Positions 26,930 through 39,299 are shown, numbered from the stretch's first letter. The stretch: 64,000 nt of DNA from Felis catus (GCF_018350175.1 NC_058368.1:64668001-64732000); one strand, 5' to 3'. The notes: generated by a model not told the origin, from the letters alone. Made by a program: numbers and translations.

Positions 26930-27187
26930 TTTTTTTTTTAATTTTCATCAAGTTAGTCAGCATATAGTGCAACAATGATTTCAGGAGTAGAGTCCTTAAT
27001 GCCCCTTACCCATTTAGCCCATCCCCCCTCCCACAACCCCTCCAGTAACCCTCAGTTTGTTCTCCATATTTAAGAGTATCATGTTTTGTCTCCCTCCCTG
27101 TTTTTAAATTATTTTGCTTGTCTTCCCTTATGTTCGTCTGTTTAGTATCTTAAAGTCCTCATATGAGTGAAGTCATATGATATTTGA
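26930..27187 (-). mobile_element. Carnivore L1 3'UTR fragment
   Basis: CCCATTTAGCCCATCCCC..CCCTCCAGTAACCCTCAGTTTGTTCTC; CCTCAGG(G/A)CTCTT repeated at 26902 and 27188. Confidence 0.88.
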
Positions 27188-27343
27188 CCTCAGGACTCTT
27201 TCTAAGCCCCTTTATGTTGACGAGGAGAAAATTGGTTAAATATTTAAATCAGTTTAAATTAGTTCAATCAAGTAACGTTTCCAGCTTCATTGTTACATAA
27301 TTGCTAAATAAAATTACATATATGTTTATTTTATTTTATTATT

Positions 27344-27541
27344 GGGGCACCTGGGTGACTCAGTCAGTTGAGCATCCGACTTCAGCTCAGGTCATGATCT
27401 TGTGGTTTGTAAGTTCGAGCCCCACATCGGGCTCTGTGCTGACAAAGCCTGCTTCAGTTTCTGTGTCTCCCTCTCTCTCTGCCCCTCTCCTGATCACACT
27501 CTGTCTCTCTCTCTCTCTCAAAAATGAATAAACTTTAAAAA
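27344..27541 (+). mobile_element. Felid Can-SINE inserted in the tail of the adjacent SINE
   Basis: GGGGCACCTGGGTGACTCAG head, CT tract, short tail. Confidence 0.92.
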
Positions 27542-27732
27542 TTTTTATTTTATTTTTTTTAGATAGGTAGAGAGCATGAGCTAGGGAGAGGGGCAGAGGG
27601 AGACAGAATCCTAAGCAGGCTCCATGTTCAGTGCAGAGCATGATGTGGAGCTTGATCTCATGACCCTAGGATCATGACCTGAGCCTAAATTAAGAGTTGG
27701 ATGCTCAACCAACTGAGCCACCCAGGCATCCC
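27542..27732 (-). mobile_element. Can-SINE (older subfamily)
   Basis: Reverse head ACTGAGCCACCCAGGCATCCC; ACATATAT repeated outside the SINE pair. Confidence 0.9.
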
Positions 27733-28949
27733 TGCACATATATTCAAAATGTTCAAGATGATTTGATATACATATACATTATCACATGATGAAAACAATC
27801 ACATTTATATGTCCACCACCTTACCTAGTTACATTTTTATGTATGTAGTGAGAATGTTTCAGATCTCCTCTCTTAGCAAATTTCAAGTATACAATATTGT
27901 AGTATTAACTATAGTCATCATGCTGTAAATTAGATCCTCAGAATTTACTTATAACTGAAAGTTTGTGCCTTTTGACCAACATCTCTCGATTTCTAAGAGT
28001 TCGACATTTTTTTTAAGATCCCACATATGAGTGGTATTCTACAGTATTTGTCTTCCTCGGTCTGGCTTATTTCATGTAGCATCATGCCCAATAGTTTCAT
28101 TCACCCCATCATAAATGGCAGGACTTCCTTCTTTTTTCATGGCTGAACAATATTATGTTGTGTGTATATTCTGCTTTTTTAATTCATTCATCTGTCAGTG
28201 AATATGTAAGTTGTTTCCATATCTTGGTTATTGTGAATAATGCTGTAATGAATGTAGGAGTGTAGCTATCTCCTTGAGATATTTATTTCATGTCCTTTGG
28301 ATACATGCATGCACACGCGTGTGTGTGTGTGCACACACATATATATATATATGTGTGTATATATATATATATGTTTTTTGAGGAATGTTCCTACTGTTTT
28401 TCATAATAACAATACCGATTTATGTTCCCATCAACAATGTACAAGATTAGAAAGACTTGGTCTCTTATTTGGAAAATGCCTTTTCTCAAAGATCATCTTT
28501 CACTCCTGAAGCTTTTCTCCCTAAGATGGCATTCGGGTATAATGACTAGAGGTCCTAATGTCTTTCACATTAGTGGTCACAGACCTTGAACCTCTCTTGC
28601 TTCCAGTATAGATTATGGCTGGTGTCTGATCTTGTCCAGGGCAATACCTTTTCTCCCCACGTGCTTTGTCTACTCTTAGCTTATCTCTCTTTTGTCTTTT
28701 GCGATGGTAGGGGGGAGAATGGAGTTATACTCCAATGAGCTTTGTCAGTAAACGTGAGTCTCTGTTAAGTCCTTCATCCACCTCACTGATTTAGGGGGCC
28801 ACTCCTAATGCATGTTGAATGTCAGTTTGAGGCTGATTCCATGCTAGGCTTACTGATTGATCCACATCATGCAAGGACTGATAACAGGCTATAAAAGCAA
28901 AGTCTCAGCTTAGCTTTCCTTTATACACATTTATGATGAGTGTGCCAAC

Positions 28950-29494
28950 TGTGTTGGGAAATGATAGAATACAAGATATATACTGATCTGCCCATGGTTA
29001 TGGGCACACAGATCCTAAAACTCTTGCAATATCCTAAGTGATAAGAACTAGGAACACCTTTTATTCTAACATTTTGTCTTTGATCCTGGTTTCTAACACT
29101 GAGCTCCTAAATCCCTTGGAATTTACTTAGGTGATAGGAATGCTTTTGTTTTGGAAATTCTTAGTGGGCTCCTGGATAGCTTCAGGATGGACGCTGGTCA
29201 CTCTGAACACCAAGTCATGATTAGAAGCTTGCAGTTTTCAGCCCAAATCCCCATTCTCCAGAGAGGAGAGGGAGCTTTAAATGGAGTTTATAACTGATTA
29301 TGTTTTGTGATGAAGCTTCCATAAAAAAAAATCCCAATTGTACATGGTTTGGCAAGCTGCTGGTTTAATGCACACATCTACAAGCTGGGGGCTAGACTGT
29401 ATCCAAATTCCATGGTGACAGAATCTCTTGTGCTCAGGACAATTCCAGACCTACCTCTATGTGTCCTTTCATATGGCTGTTCATTCATATCTTT
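28950..29494 (+). mobile_element. MER21-like LTR, 5' part (broken by inversion)
   Basis: GAGCTCCTAAATCCCTTGGAATTT, GATAGCTTCAGGATGG, CCAGACCTACCTCTATGTGTCCTTTCATATGGCTGTTCATT; homology ends abruptly. Confidence 0.85.
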
Positions 29495-29996
29495 TGGGTT
29501 TCCCTTCCTTCTTCCCTACAGTCAGTTATAGACAGAAAGAAATAGCTTAAAACCTTCAGTCATGTTACCCATGCTCAAATCACTCCAGTAGTGCTGAATC
29601 CCCCTCATCTGATCTCTCCTGGACTCTCCTGTTTATTCCTAGCCCCTTTCTGCCTCACTCACTCTGCTCTAGGCACATTGGCCCTCATGCCTTTCCTCTA
29701 CAGTGCCACATGTATTCCAATCTAGGGACTTTTGCAAACGCTGCCATCTCTGACCAGAGGCACCCCTGCTGATTTTGACATAGCTCTTTCCCGTACGACA
29801 TTCAAGTATCTGTTCTCATACAGTATTTCTTCAAGACATTATTTCATGATCAACGTACCTCTTTTCCAGTCAGTTTTACTCCTCACCTTTCCTCATCTGA
29901 TTTTTATCATCTCTTGATATTATTTAGCTTCTTTATTTGTTTATCACCTCTTTTCCTCTCTGGAATATAAACTCCGTGAAAGTGTTGAATGTGTCT
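29493..29996. repeat. Left arm of large inverted repeat (L2-derived, L2 sense on +)
   Basis: Reverse complement of 30563-31038; the L2 3' end ATAAACATTTATTGAATAAA follows at ~30040-30060. Confidence 0.95.
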
Positions 29997-30211
29997 GTGT
30001 TGTTTGGCACTGCAATTCTAGCCCTTAGCACAGGAAATAAACATTTATTGAATAAAAGAAGGAAGGGAGATGAGAAAGTAGAAGAGAGGAAAGCAGTCAA
30101 GCATGTATATCCCAAATCTGCTCATTCTTATGTTAGGCTAGGAGAGGGTGTGGGTATCTCAAGGTCATATGGGTTGATGAAAGAATAATGGTGGGTTATG
30201 GTTTCCACCTA

Positions 30212-30562
30212 CGTAAAGGAAATACTTTTCCTTTACTCACATGTTCACAATATTTCTGATACCAGATGTATGGGTTTCCCAAATATTAAGCAATTCTCTG
30301 TGACACCAGCTGGGTTTCCTACAGTTTAACTACATTCTGGCACTGTCTACCTGGAGATAGCATCAGATCCCACGGGTTAAGGGCTCAGTCCCGCAAAACT
30401 GCCTTCTCCCAATCCAGATGCCAATTCAGTGCGCTACCAGTACTTCTGACAGACCAGATATATATCAGGATTTCTAGGAATCCCTCCCTGGATTCCACAA
30501 TTTGGCTCACAAAACTCAGGGCAACACTTAAATTTACTGGTTTATTATAAAAAATATAATGT
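30212..30562 (-). mobile_element. MER21-like LTR, 3' part (inverted)
   Basis: rc TATAATAAACCAGTAAA..CCCTGAGTTTTGTGAGCC..GGGACTGAGCCCTTAACCCGTGGGATCTGATGCTATCTCCAGGTAG continues the 5' part. Confidence 0.85.
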
Positions 30563-31038
30563 AGACACATTCAACACTTTCACAGAGTTTACATTCCAGA
30601 GAGGAAAAGAGGTGATAAACAAATAAAGAAGCTAAATAATATCAAGAGATGATAAAAATCAGATGAGGAAAGGTGAGGAGTAAAACTGGAAAAGCGGTAG
30701 GTTGATCATGAAAGAATGTTTTGAAGAAATACTGTATGAGAACAGATACTTGAATGTCGTACGGGAAAGAGCTATGTCAAAATCAGCAGGGGTGCCTCTG
30801 GTCAGAGATGGCAGCGTTTGCAAAAGTCCCTAGATTGGAATACATGTGGCACTGTAGAGGAAAGGCATGAGGGCCAATGTGCCTAGAGCAGAGTGAGTGA
30901 GGCAGAAAGGGGCTAGGAATAAACAGGAGAGTCCAGGAGAGATCAGATGAGGGGGATTCAGCACTACTGGACTGAAGTTTTTAAGCTATTTCTTTCTGTC
31001 TAGAACTGACTGTAGGGAAGAAGGAGGGGGAACACAAA
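30563..31038. repeat. Right arm of large inverted repeat
   Basis: Reverse complement of 29493-29996 with one 24 bp and one 4 bp indel. Confidence 0.95.
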
Positions 31039-31705
31039 GCATAAATGGACACATTTGCAGGAGTGTGTGACAGAGGCTGGTTCCATGGTGGAGAAGTGAT
31101 TACATCTGGGATATACACTGAAGGTAGGGATCAGTGGTTGCTGATGGGATGAATGTGTAAATGTTGAGTGAATGTTAATGTCATGCACTGAGATAAGGAA
31201 GACTGAAGGTTGATGTATTGGATGGAGGGGATCAAGAATCTTTTTTTTTTTTTTTTTTTTTGGAAAGAACATTCGAATGTCCATTAGGCATCCAGGTGGC
31301 TGCACTGAGTAGCCAACTGGATAAACATTCAGGAACTCAGAAGAAAGAATGCACAAGAAGAATACACATGGGAATTATCAGCATAGAAATGGCATTTAGC
31401 ATCAGAAGACGGGATGAGATCAACCACAGAGCAAGTTGAGAATGGAGAGAGAAGAGGTCCTGACCACCTTGACCTTCTTCACCAAAAGGACACACTGAAA
31501 GGAGATTGAGAATAAGCAGCCAGTCAGATGAAGAAGTGGAAAGTGTGTCTAAGAAGTCAAGGACAGAAAGTATTTCAAGAAGGAGGTAATCAGCTGCATC
31601 ACATGCTCCCAAAGGGCAAGCAGGAGATGACCTTGACAAGATTATTTCACTGAATTTGTGGGAATGCAAGTCTGATTGGAGAGAGTTAAAGAGAGAGTGG
31701 GGAGA
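30563..31705 (-). mobile_element. L2 relic (its extreme 3' end displaced into the inverted spacer)
   Basis: Antisense L2 motifs continue beyond the arm (TTCGAATGTCCATTAGGCATCCAGGTGG, ATCAGCATAGAAATGGCATTTA, TATTTCAAGAAGGAGG). Confidence 0.75.
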
Positions 31706-34164
31706 ACTTCTAATTAAATACATTTATTCCCAACACCCTCCCAAAACACTACTAAAGTGTATGTAATGGAACCTTTTTTTAGTAAGTAGGCATAAACTAC
31801 AAGGACAAAGAGTATAAAAAAGAAGACAACAGCAGAAAACTGATGTCAACAAAATTTTATCATCTGGAGACAAAGGAAGTAGTGGTACCTGAGGAGACCA
31901 GAGAATCTGAAATTTAACCCCATGTTCAGGATGCCAGGACTATGCAAGTCTGCTTACCGATAAACCCCAGGAAAGCTTAGAAATTCAAGAATCAGTTTCC
32001 TCAGATGGCAGAAGAGTGAGATGGTGTTGAAAAGAGGAGGATTGATTGAAAGTCTCTTTATGGAGCTACTGGACCCCAGATCCCACTCTCCAGAACTTTG
32101 AGCCATGCAGGTGTCTGGACTTGGCAGAGGGCTAAAGCAGCACTCTCCAGACAAGTCTGACAAGAGGTTAAAAGGCTCTGGAGACGAGGATACCAGACAT
32201 AAGTGAGAGCAAGAGTGCAGTGACTTGCTGAAAGCACAGATTTTAAGTAAACTTCTTTAAAGAATGTTAAAACACCCATCTAGGGTGTTTATGTAGCTCC
32301 TTGCCTGTTTCTCTGCTTCACCTGCACAAAGTGGGCTGCCCGGCCTCTATCAGTGCTTTCCTACCTTGAATCAATCTAAAAATCTCAGCTTTCATTTTGA
32401 GATTGTGATCCTCTTGCAGTAGCCCATTTTTTCTTCTGCATCTTCATTAACCTTCCCTTCATTGACACCATCCAATTTTCTGCTACCAATAATGAAACTT
32501 CTCTCAGACTGGTCCCTATATTTGGAAAAGCCCTTCTTCAAATTCACCTAGAGGATTTTGTCCTCTTAAAAGCAAGCAAGCAAGCAAGAAAGGAAGCAAG
32601 AAAGATCACTTGAAATAAATGTTCCCATTTCCCTCCACTTCCAACCTTAAATAGAACGTTGTATCAATCCAGAGGCCATTAACAGCAAAATATGGTGTGA
32701 AAACATATGGCCCAGTGTGATGGATAAAAGATCTGGCACAGCACATGCATCTAGGTGTTTAATGATGTTTGATGACATAAATTAAAAAAAAAATCTCAGC
32801 TTTCCAAATCATTACTTAGATCCAAGGAGGCAGAGATCCAGCTGCTTCATCACATTTTTGCACAATCATTATTAAATTCACATATTAACTGCTCTTTTTA
32901 AATAAATTGTCATATAAGACCTTCAGAATCAGCCACACAATACTGTTACAACCTTTATGTCCCCTTTTCTAAAGCTTTAAATGGAGATCTAAAAACAAAG
33001 CAAACCAAATGCCTAGACTCTCCAGGTCAATGCATATATCAATAAAATCAGACGGTGTTCATTCAACTCTATCTGCCTAGAATATATGCACAATTATAAC
33101 TCATAACAAATGTTTTATATTGTCATAAATAGTGGTTTTAGTACGAGTTGCCTATCTTACATATACTTATGGTTTTGAGTTGTGCATAGACCTTGTCTAG
33201 ATGTCAGAAGATCGCATTCACTCTGCTCTTATGGGATCATCTCTTTGGTAATTTTGAGAAAGTCGTACATCTTTGGTAAGCCTCACCCTCATTTACTATA
33301 AAATGTAATTCTGCCCCTGGGATCTCTCAAATGACTCATAAAATCAAAAACAACAATGTCTAAAAGTATACTTTTAATTATTTTTTCCTGGCATCTAGTT
33401 TATCTATCCCTGCTCTTATCTGCTGTTCTTACACAAAAATTCCCTACTTGTTTCTAAGTATACACATTCATTCATTCATTCATTCAAATAGATATGCTTT
33501 GAGTACCTTTAAGTCATACAATCTAATCAAACTTCTTAATTTTTTAAGGTGAACAAATGTTCACCCATCAAATTTAACTGATAACCAGGGCCACACCTGT
33601 AACTGATGGCTGACTCAAGACTAAAACTCAGGCCTCTGGTTTTCCTGTTCATTGGGAACTATATTCAGTTTCTAAAACAAAAAACAGGACAAACAAAAAA
33701 AAAACACCTCTTACTTTTGAAAGCACTGAAATGTTGCCAAGAGATAAACACGATATGAAATGAGATTGTGTGTAAATGTTCAAGATGATACATAATATGT
33801 CAAGTAAATATTAGAAAACTCTGAAGAGAAAATATTGTCCTAAATATACTTTTATTCAAGATTTCATAGAATCTTATATTCAGTATAACTCTAAATCATA
33901 ATACTGATGAGTAGTTTAATTCTGAAAAACTGACTTCTTACTTATGAGTCTTTTGTATACATCTTCAGTGACAACATTAAAAGGAAATTGAATAATTCAA
34001 AGGATTCTCAGAAGGCACACAGAACATAGAACTTTTTTTAGCATGAGCAACAATTCCGAGGATTACTGATGGCCCTCTGGTCACAACACGGAAAGACAAG
34101 TGCTTCACCCATTTGTTTTTAATTTCTCCCTTTCCCCAGTCATGTGACTATTTTGGGAATTCAC

Positions 34165-34167
<3 letters not shown>

Positions 34168-34211
<44 letters not shown>
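34168..34211. repeat. (GT)n microsatellite, about 22 units
   Basis: Seen directly. Confidence 0.97.
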
Positions 34212-34213
<2 letters not shown>

Positions 34214-34269
34214 TTAATTAATCACAAATTGTCTGTTAGAATCCTGCCTGCAGTGATTTAATAGGGAGT

Positions 34270-34720
34270 GTCAGGTCTTACCTTTTTTAATATTTTCAGA
34301 AAATTAGAATCTATTTTTATTATACCCAAGTTCCAGAAGTGTATTACAACCTTTCACATCATCACCTCCTGGAGTTCAGTACATAACGCCATGGGGAGAA
34401 AAATGTTTTCAACGTGGAGGTAGGGAAAAGGAAATACTCCTAATGCTCATTTGGACAAACAACATGTGATAACCAGGGCACTTACTTCCATGTTCGGAAG
34501 ACATTTAGGAGCCAGACAGATACTTTATCTACGTGATATTTGACTAACTGCATCCTCAGAAGAGACTATAAAACTGCATTTAAGTCTGACATCCTCCCGG
34601 CTAAAGTGTTGAGTTTATCAAATAAACAAAAAGAAATCAATTATGTTTCCACAGACATCCCTGAGTGTGTCTGGGTGGTGAGAGGAGGAATCAGAAGCAG
34701 GCTCTTTGTTTTCTTCACAC
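34270..34720 (-). promoter_or_regulatory. Candidate regulatory island / possible first exon
   Basis: Repeat-free; minus-strand AACATGGAA|GTAAGT (Kozak ATG plus donor) at 34480-34494 and second donor AAG|GTAAGA at 34282; GATA, E-box, ACGTG and FOX-like motifs. Confidence 0.3.
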
Positions 34721-35831
34721 AAAATCTAAGAAAATGTCAGAAGCAAAGCACTGCAATTTTTCCCAATAATGCTGAGGAAACAAACTAGATCCCATTTTCA
34801 TTTTCGGCTTCCATTTTATTCATTGGCATTTTTGTTTGGGGGTTTACTTGCTGTCAGAGGAAAACAAAGAGAAAAAGGAGTACAAACTGAAGAGTATAAG
34901 TAGATCCATCTTCATGTGAGAACTCTCTAGCCCCAAAATTTGTGTACTATGGATTCTGGCCCTTTTACATTTTATTTTTTCTTCATCTGGTTGTCTTCTT
35001 GCAGAATTATGCTCCAACAGGGCTAAAGACAGCTCTATTGCTGCATTTCCTTTGGGGGTTCATGTTCAAGACCAAATTTGGAACCACAGGGACAGTTTTC
35101 TGTTTATTCACTTGGTATATTGACTGAAACCTGGGTCAAGGTCCCTGGGTCATTCCATCCAAATTTAGCTTATCTGGATGTATTTGAACTTGACAACTAA
35201 ATTCCTCTCCAACCAAACTCTGATGACACGACCATTTGTAATGCATGTTTTTTAAAGGAAATAAAATGCTTCAAAAATATTCAAACTGTGAAATCCTCAG
35301 TAGCCTCAAGGAGCTGTATTTATAATTGTTTTTAATTAAATTTCACAGTCAAGCTATGGAATATAAAATGCATGTGGATGCAAATATTTGCTAGGGAGGT
35401 TAGACTATAGCAAAATGTGTTTTGTTGTTTTAATTTTTAATTTCTTCTCACCAATCGCTCACGTGCTTGGAATGTCAGATCACCTTTTTTTTTTTTTTTT
35501 TAAGTCTTCTCTACTTGGCTATCTTTGTTGCTCTCATTTCATTAAACTCGTCTTTCATGGGGATTTTAGCTTCAGAGGCTGAAGGTTTTTATACCTCTGA
35601 TCCCCTGTTCAGTATTTTCTTACTCTATGTTACATAATTGTCAAATGATAAAAATAAGAGCAACTTTAATGTGAGTTTAATGTTTGTTTCTGGTGAAAAG
35701 CCTCAAGTAGAAGGAGTTGAAGACATACTTTTGATACCATCTCAAAATAAACTGAGACCTAATAATTTATCACGTGAGGGGGAAACCATCTAGGATTTAT
35801 TCCCTTTCTGCCTTTTGATCAGTATTGAAAG

Positions 35832-36093
35832 TTTTTTTGTTGTTGTTTTTAATTTACATCCAAGCTAGTTAGCACATAGTGCAACAATGATTCCAGGAGT
35901 AGATTCCTTAATTCTCCTTACCTATTTAGCCCATCCCCCCCTTCCCACAGCCTCTCCAGTAACCCTCTGTTTATTCTCCATATTTAAGAGTGTCTTATTT
36001 TTGTCCCCCTCCTTGTTTTTATGTTATTTTTGCTTCCCATCCCTTGTGTTTAACTGTTTTGTGTCTTAAAGTCTTCATATGAGTGAGGTCATA
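35832..36093 (-). mobile_element. Carnivore L1 3'UTR fragment
   Basis: Same subfamily sequence as 26930-27187. Confidence 0.88.
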
Positions 36094-36299
36094 GTATCAG
36101 GAAAGATTTTAAGTCAACTCTCAACCCCAAACGTAGACTAATCCAGAGTTGTAACACTATGTCTATTTAGTACTATTTAGTCATCAACTCATTTATCATT
36201 TTCATGCCAGAAATATTTTTTTGCTTTGGTCTTTAGAAAATTATAAGTAACATTTACATTGTAAGTTCCTTGACAAAAGCTAGCATAGTGTTAGATCCA

Positions 36300-37170
36300 G
36301 AGATTAAATGCTCAGCATGACAGACACATTGTTTAGCTTTATTGTTTGCAATGTAGTGGGAAATACAAACTTTTAGGGAGGTGATTATAATACTGTGCAC
36401 TAAGTGCAGATTGTAGGTAAATATGCACCTAAATTGTATTTAGGCTCATCAGAAAAGGTTTCTGAAACATGAAGATTAGGGAGTGATTAACTAGAGAAAG
36501 CATAATAGTGAGATGAGAAAAGAAGAGTTGAGGATGTAGATGGGAAAGGGAAAGAATATTCTAGATAGACTGGATTCTACTCCTGAAACCAATACTACAC
36601 TGTATGTTAACTAACTTGAATTTAAATACATTTAAAAAAATAAAAATTTAAAAAAAAGAAGTAAACATCTTTCAAAGACTTGATTTGAAGGACAGCATGG
36701 TGTGTTTGAGGAATTTAATATAGTCTGAAGCGTAGATGTGGAGGAGCATACATCAAGAGATGAGTCTGCAAAGATAAGCAGGGTGTGGAAAATGAAGGAG
36801 TTGGTAAGACATGTTAGTGAGTTTGGAATTTAACTTGCTGGCAAAGTTATATTGGTGAAACCATTGGTGGTAGCTGGGGAGGGTTTGGAAGGGAAAGATA
36901 TAGTTATAATATAGTATCGCTTTGGCTTTATTGAAGATAAGGGATGGAAGGACATAATACTGAGAGCAGGGAGACCAGGAAGTAATTGCACTTATCTTTG
37001 TAAGGGGTCTCAACTAATGGAGAAGTTTCAGAGATTAAGAAGGGGGTCGGGTTGTAAAATATTTTAGATATTTAACATCAGAACTTGGTAGGTTTACTGG
37101 AAGTAGAGTAGTAGTAAAGAATGATGGGAGGATTCTGGCTTAGAGAATTGGAATGTGGGATGTCCAATTC
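36300..37170 (-). mobile_element. L2 relic
   Basis: CAGCATGGTGTGTTTGAGGAA, GAGTTTGGAATTT, GAGAGCAGGGAGACCAG..AATTGCA motifs. Confidence 0.55.
36572..36658 (+). mobile_element. Very short carnivore L1 3' end inside L2
   Basis: ATTCTACTCCTGAAACCAATACTACACTGTATGTTAACTAACTTGAATTTAAA plus A tail. Confidence 0.8.
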
Positions 37171-37443
37171 ACTCAAAAACTTCAGATGTTACCTGTTATT
37201 ATTCTTATTATCATGACTGTCAGTTTTTCAATTTAGTATTTTCTTGAAATTTCAATCCTGCCATTTACAACCTGTCACCTTTATACACTTGTAGATGGTT
37301 TGTAAATGACTTATAGGTGGATTTTTTTCCAACATAAAAACCCTGGGGGTTATTGATAATTTGAATATATTCCATCCATTTTATATGCCCTTTGATCTTA
37401 TTTTGACTGTTGGGTTTTTGTTTTTGTTGTTTTGTTTGCTTTC

Positions 37444-37651
37444 TTTTTTAATTTTTTTTCTTTTATTTTTGAGAGAGAGACAGAGTGTGAATGGGGGAAG
37501 GGCAGAGAGAGAGGAAGACACAGAATCCGAAGCAGACTTCAGGCTCTAAGCTGTCAGCACAGAGCCCAAAGCGGGGCTGAAACCCACAAACCATGGGATC
37601 ATGACCTGAGCCGAAATCAGATGCTTAACTGACTGAGTTACCCAGGAGCCC
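37444..37651 (-). mobile_element. Felid Can-SINE
   Basis: SINE body; TSD TTTGTTTGCTTTCTT. Confidence 0.92.
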
Positions 37652-39299
37652 TTGTTTGTTTGCTTTCTTATCAGCCCAGCAATTTATTTTAAAACATTTC
37701 TTCATTTTATTTCTCACTGATAATTGCTTTTTTTAAGAGGACGTTATTTAGAGTATATCTAGCACCATTCTGTCAGCAAAGAAAGTATTTCCATGTTTCT
37801 TTCCATTTTCATCTTTTGCTGTCCAGTGGCCCATTCTCCATCTATAAGCATATACTCAGATTTACCCAAATGTGAAAAAAGTCTTCCCATGATCCTGAAT
37901 TCCCCAACAGGCAACTAACTCATGGCTGTACCTCTCAACCACTAAATTTCTTGACATATATTTTATACACTTCATCCTCCCCAACCTCACAGTCAAATCT
38001 CTTGCAGTATAACTTCTATGCCAACCACTCCAAAGAAATACCGTAGAGGTGAGTAATTTAGTTGTAAGCTATAGACTCCACAACATTTCACCCTGTCTTC
38101 TTTACACTATAACATTTTGAAATTTTTCTAATGTGTCTAGAATTTAATTCTCTCCTTCATTTTCAACACTAAGTTTGTTTCATTGCAATTACAGTATTTG
38201 TACCTCCTGAGAGCAAACTTCTGAAGGATAAGTCCAAGATTTGTTTATTATGGTATCTTCCACAGGCATTACATTGTTCCTGGAACACAATAACATTTCA
38301 GTGTATGTATTTTAAATAAATCTGTATTTAGTAATTTCAATGTAATAAGATGTTTTATAGGAATGTATTAATTTGCTGTAGCTTAGTGTTTTTTGATTTT
38401 ATAAGTAAGCAGAGAAAACAAAAATTTAGCTGATGTTCAGAAGCTAAATTTGTAGGTGAGAAATTCTGAAACTTGGGGATCATGGTGAATGGGGCAGACT
38501 CACTGAAATTTCTTTTATGGAATTTTCTAGGTAGGTAAGAGTTACCTTAAAAAAGCTTTATTTATTAAGGATTATATTTTTAATATTTCTTATTGCCACT
38601 TATACTCAGATGTATGTTATAAATCAGTTTTATACATCCCTCACTTCCATTTTATGGTGACAGAAATTGTAGTATTTATATGTACTATATCCCCAGAGCA
38701 CAATGCTTTGAAAATAATTGTTGGCTTGTATTTATTTTACTTTATTTATTATAATTACTTAAATTATCATTTATAAAAGGAAGTGTACATACACACATAA
38801 ATAGCTTTTTGGTTGTACTATAGTGGAGTATTTCTGAGTCCCCTGTGACTTTTGGAAGACTAAATCATCATCAACAAATATTCTGTAACCGTAATATAAA
38901 TTTACTCTGACTTGCCAATTTGTTGGGCTGTGCTTGCTTAGGGAACTACTGATTGGAGTTAAGAGTAGTTGTAAATATAAACCTGACTTTTGCTTTCTTT
39001 ATCCAACTAGCTTTTCTAATTCCTCATGGTCACCTTTAAAGGGCTACTGAGGCAGTTTTTTATTTATTTATTTGTTTCAACTACACCAGAGTAACCTCCT
39101 ACTACTAGGGACTATAAAACACTAGCTTCTTGAATACTGCAGCTCTCTGAGAATAGGATAGTGCAGTAATGAAGCCAGTCAGGGATCCTTCCTGGAGGCA
39201 GACTATACTTTTGTACTTAGCTGGCTAACAATCATTGCACACAGAGAAATTGGATTAGTAACCTAAGTCACTCTCAAAACAAATTATCAGGAGAATATC

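Larger units (their letters stand above)
27290..28445 (-). mobile_element. L1MA-like 3' fragment interrupted by two SINEs
   Basis: ACATAATTGCTAAATAAAATTACATATAT..(SINEs)..CTCTTAGCAAATTTCAAGTATACAATA..ATAACTGAAAGTTTGTGCCTTTTGACCAAC..TCCCATCAACAATGTACAAG. Confidence 0.8.

Noticed and set aside
29493..31038. DNA transposon or foldback element with long terminal inverted repeats
   Set aside because: Arms are L2-derived local sequence continuous with the right flank, with no TSD and no transposase. A local rearrangement explains it.
38422..38451. Hairpin AAATTTAGCT-n10-AGCTAAATTT as a pre-miRNA or terminator
   Set aside because: Short AT-rich stem expected by chance and too short for a pre-miRNA
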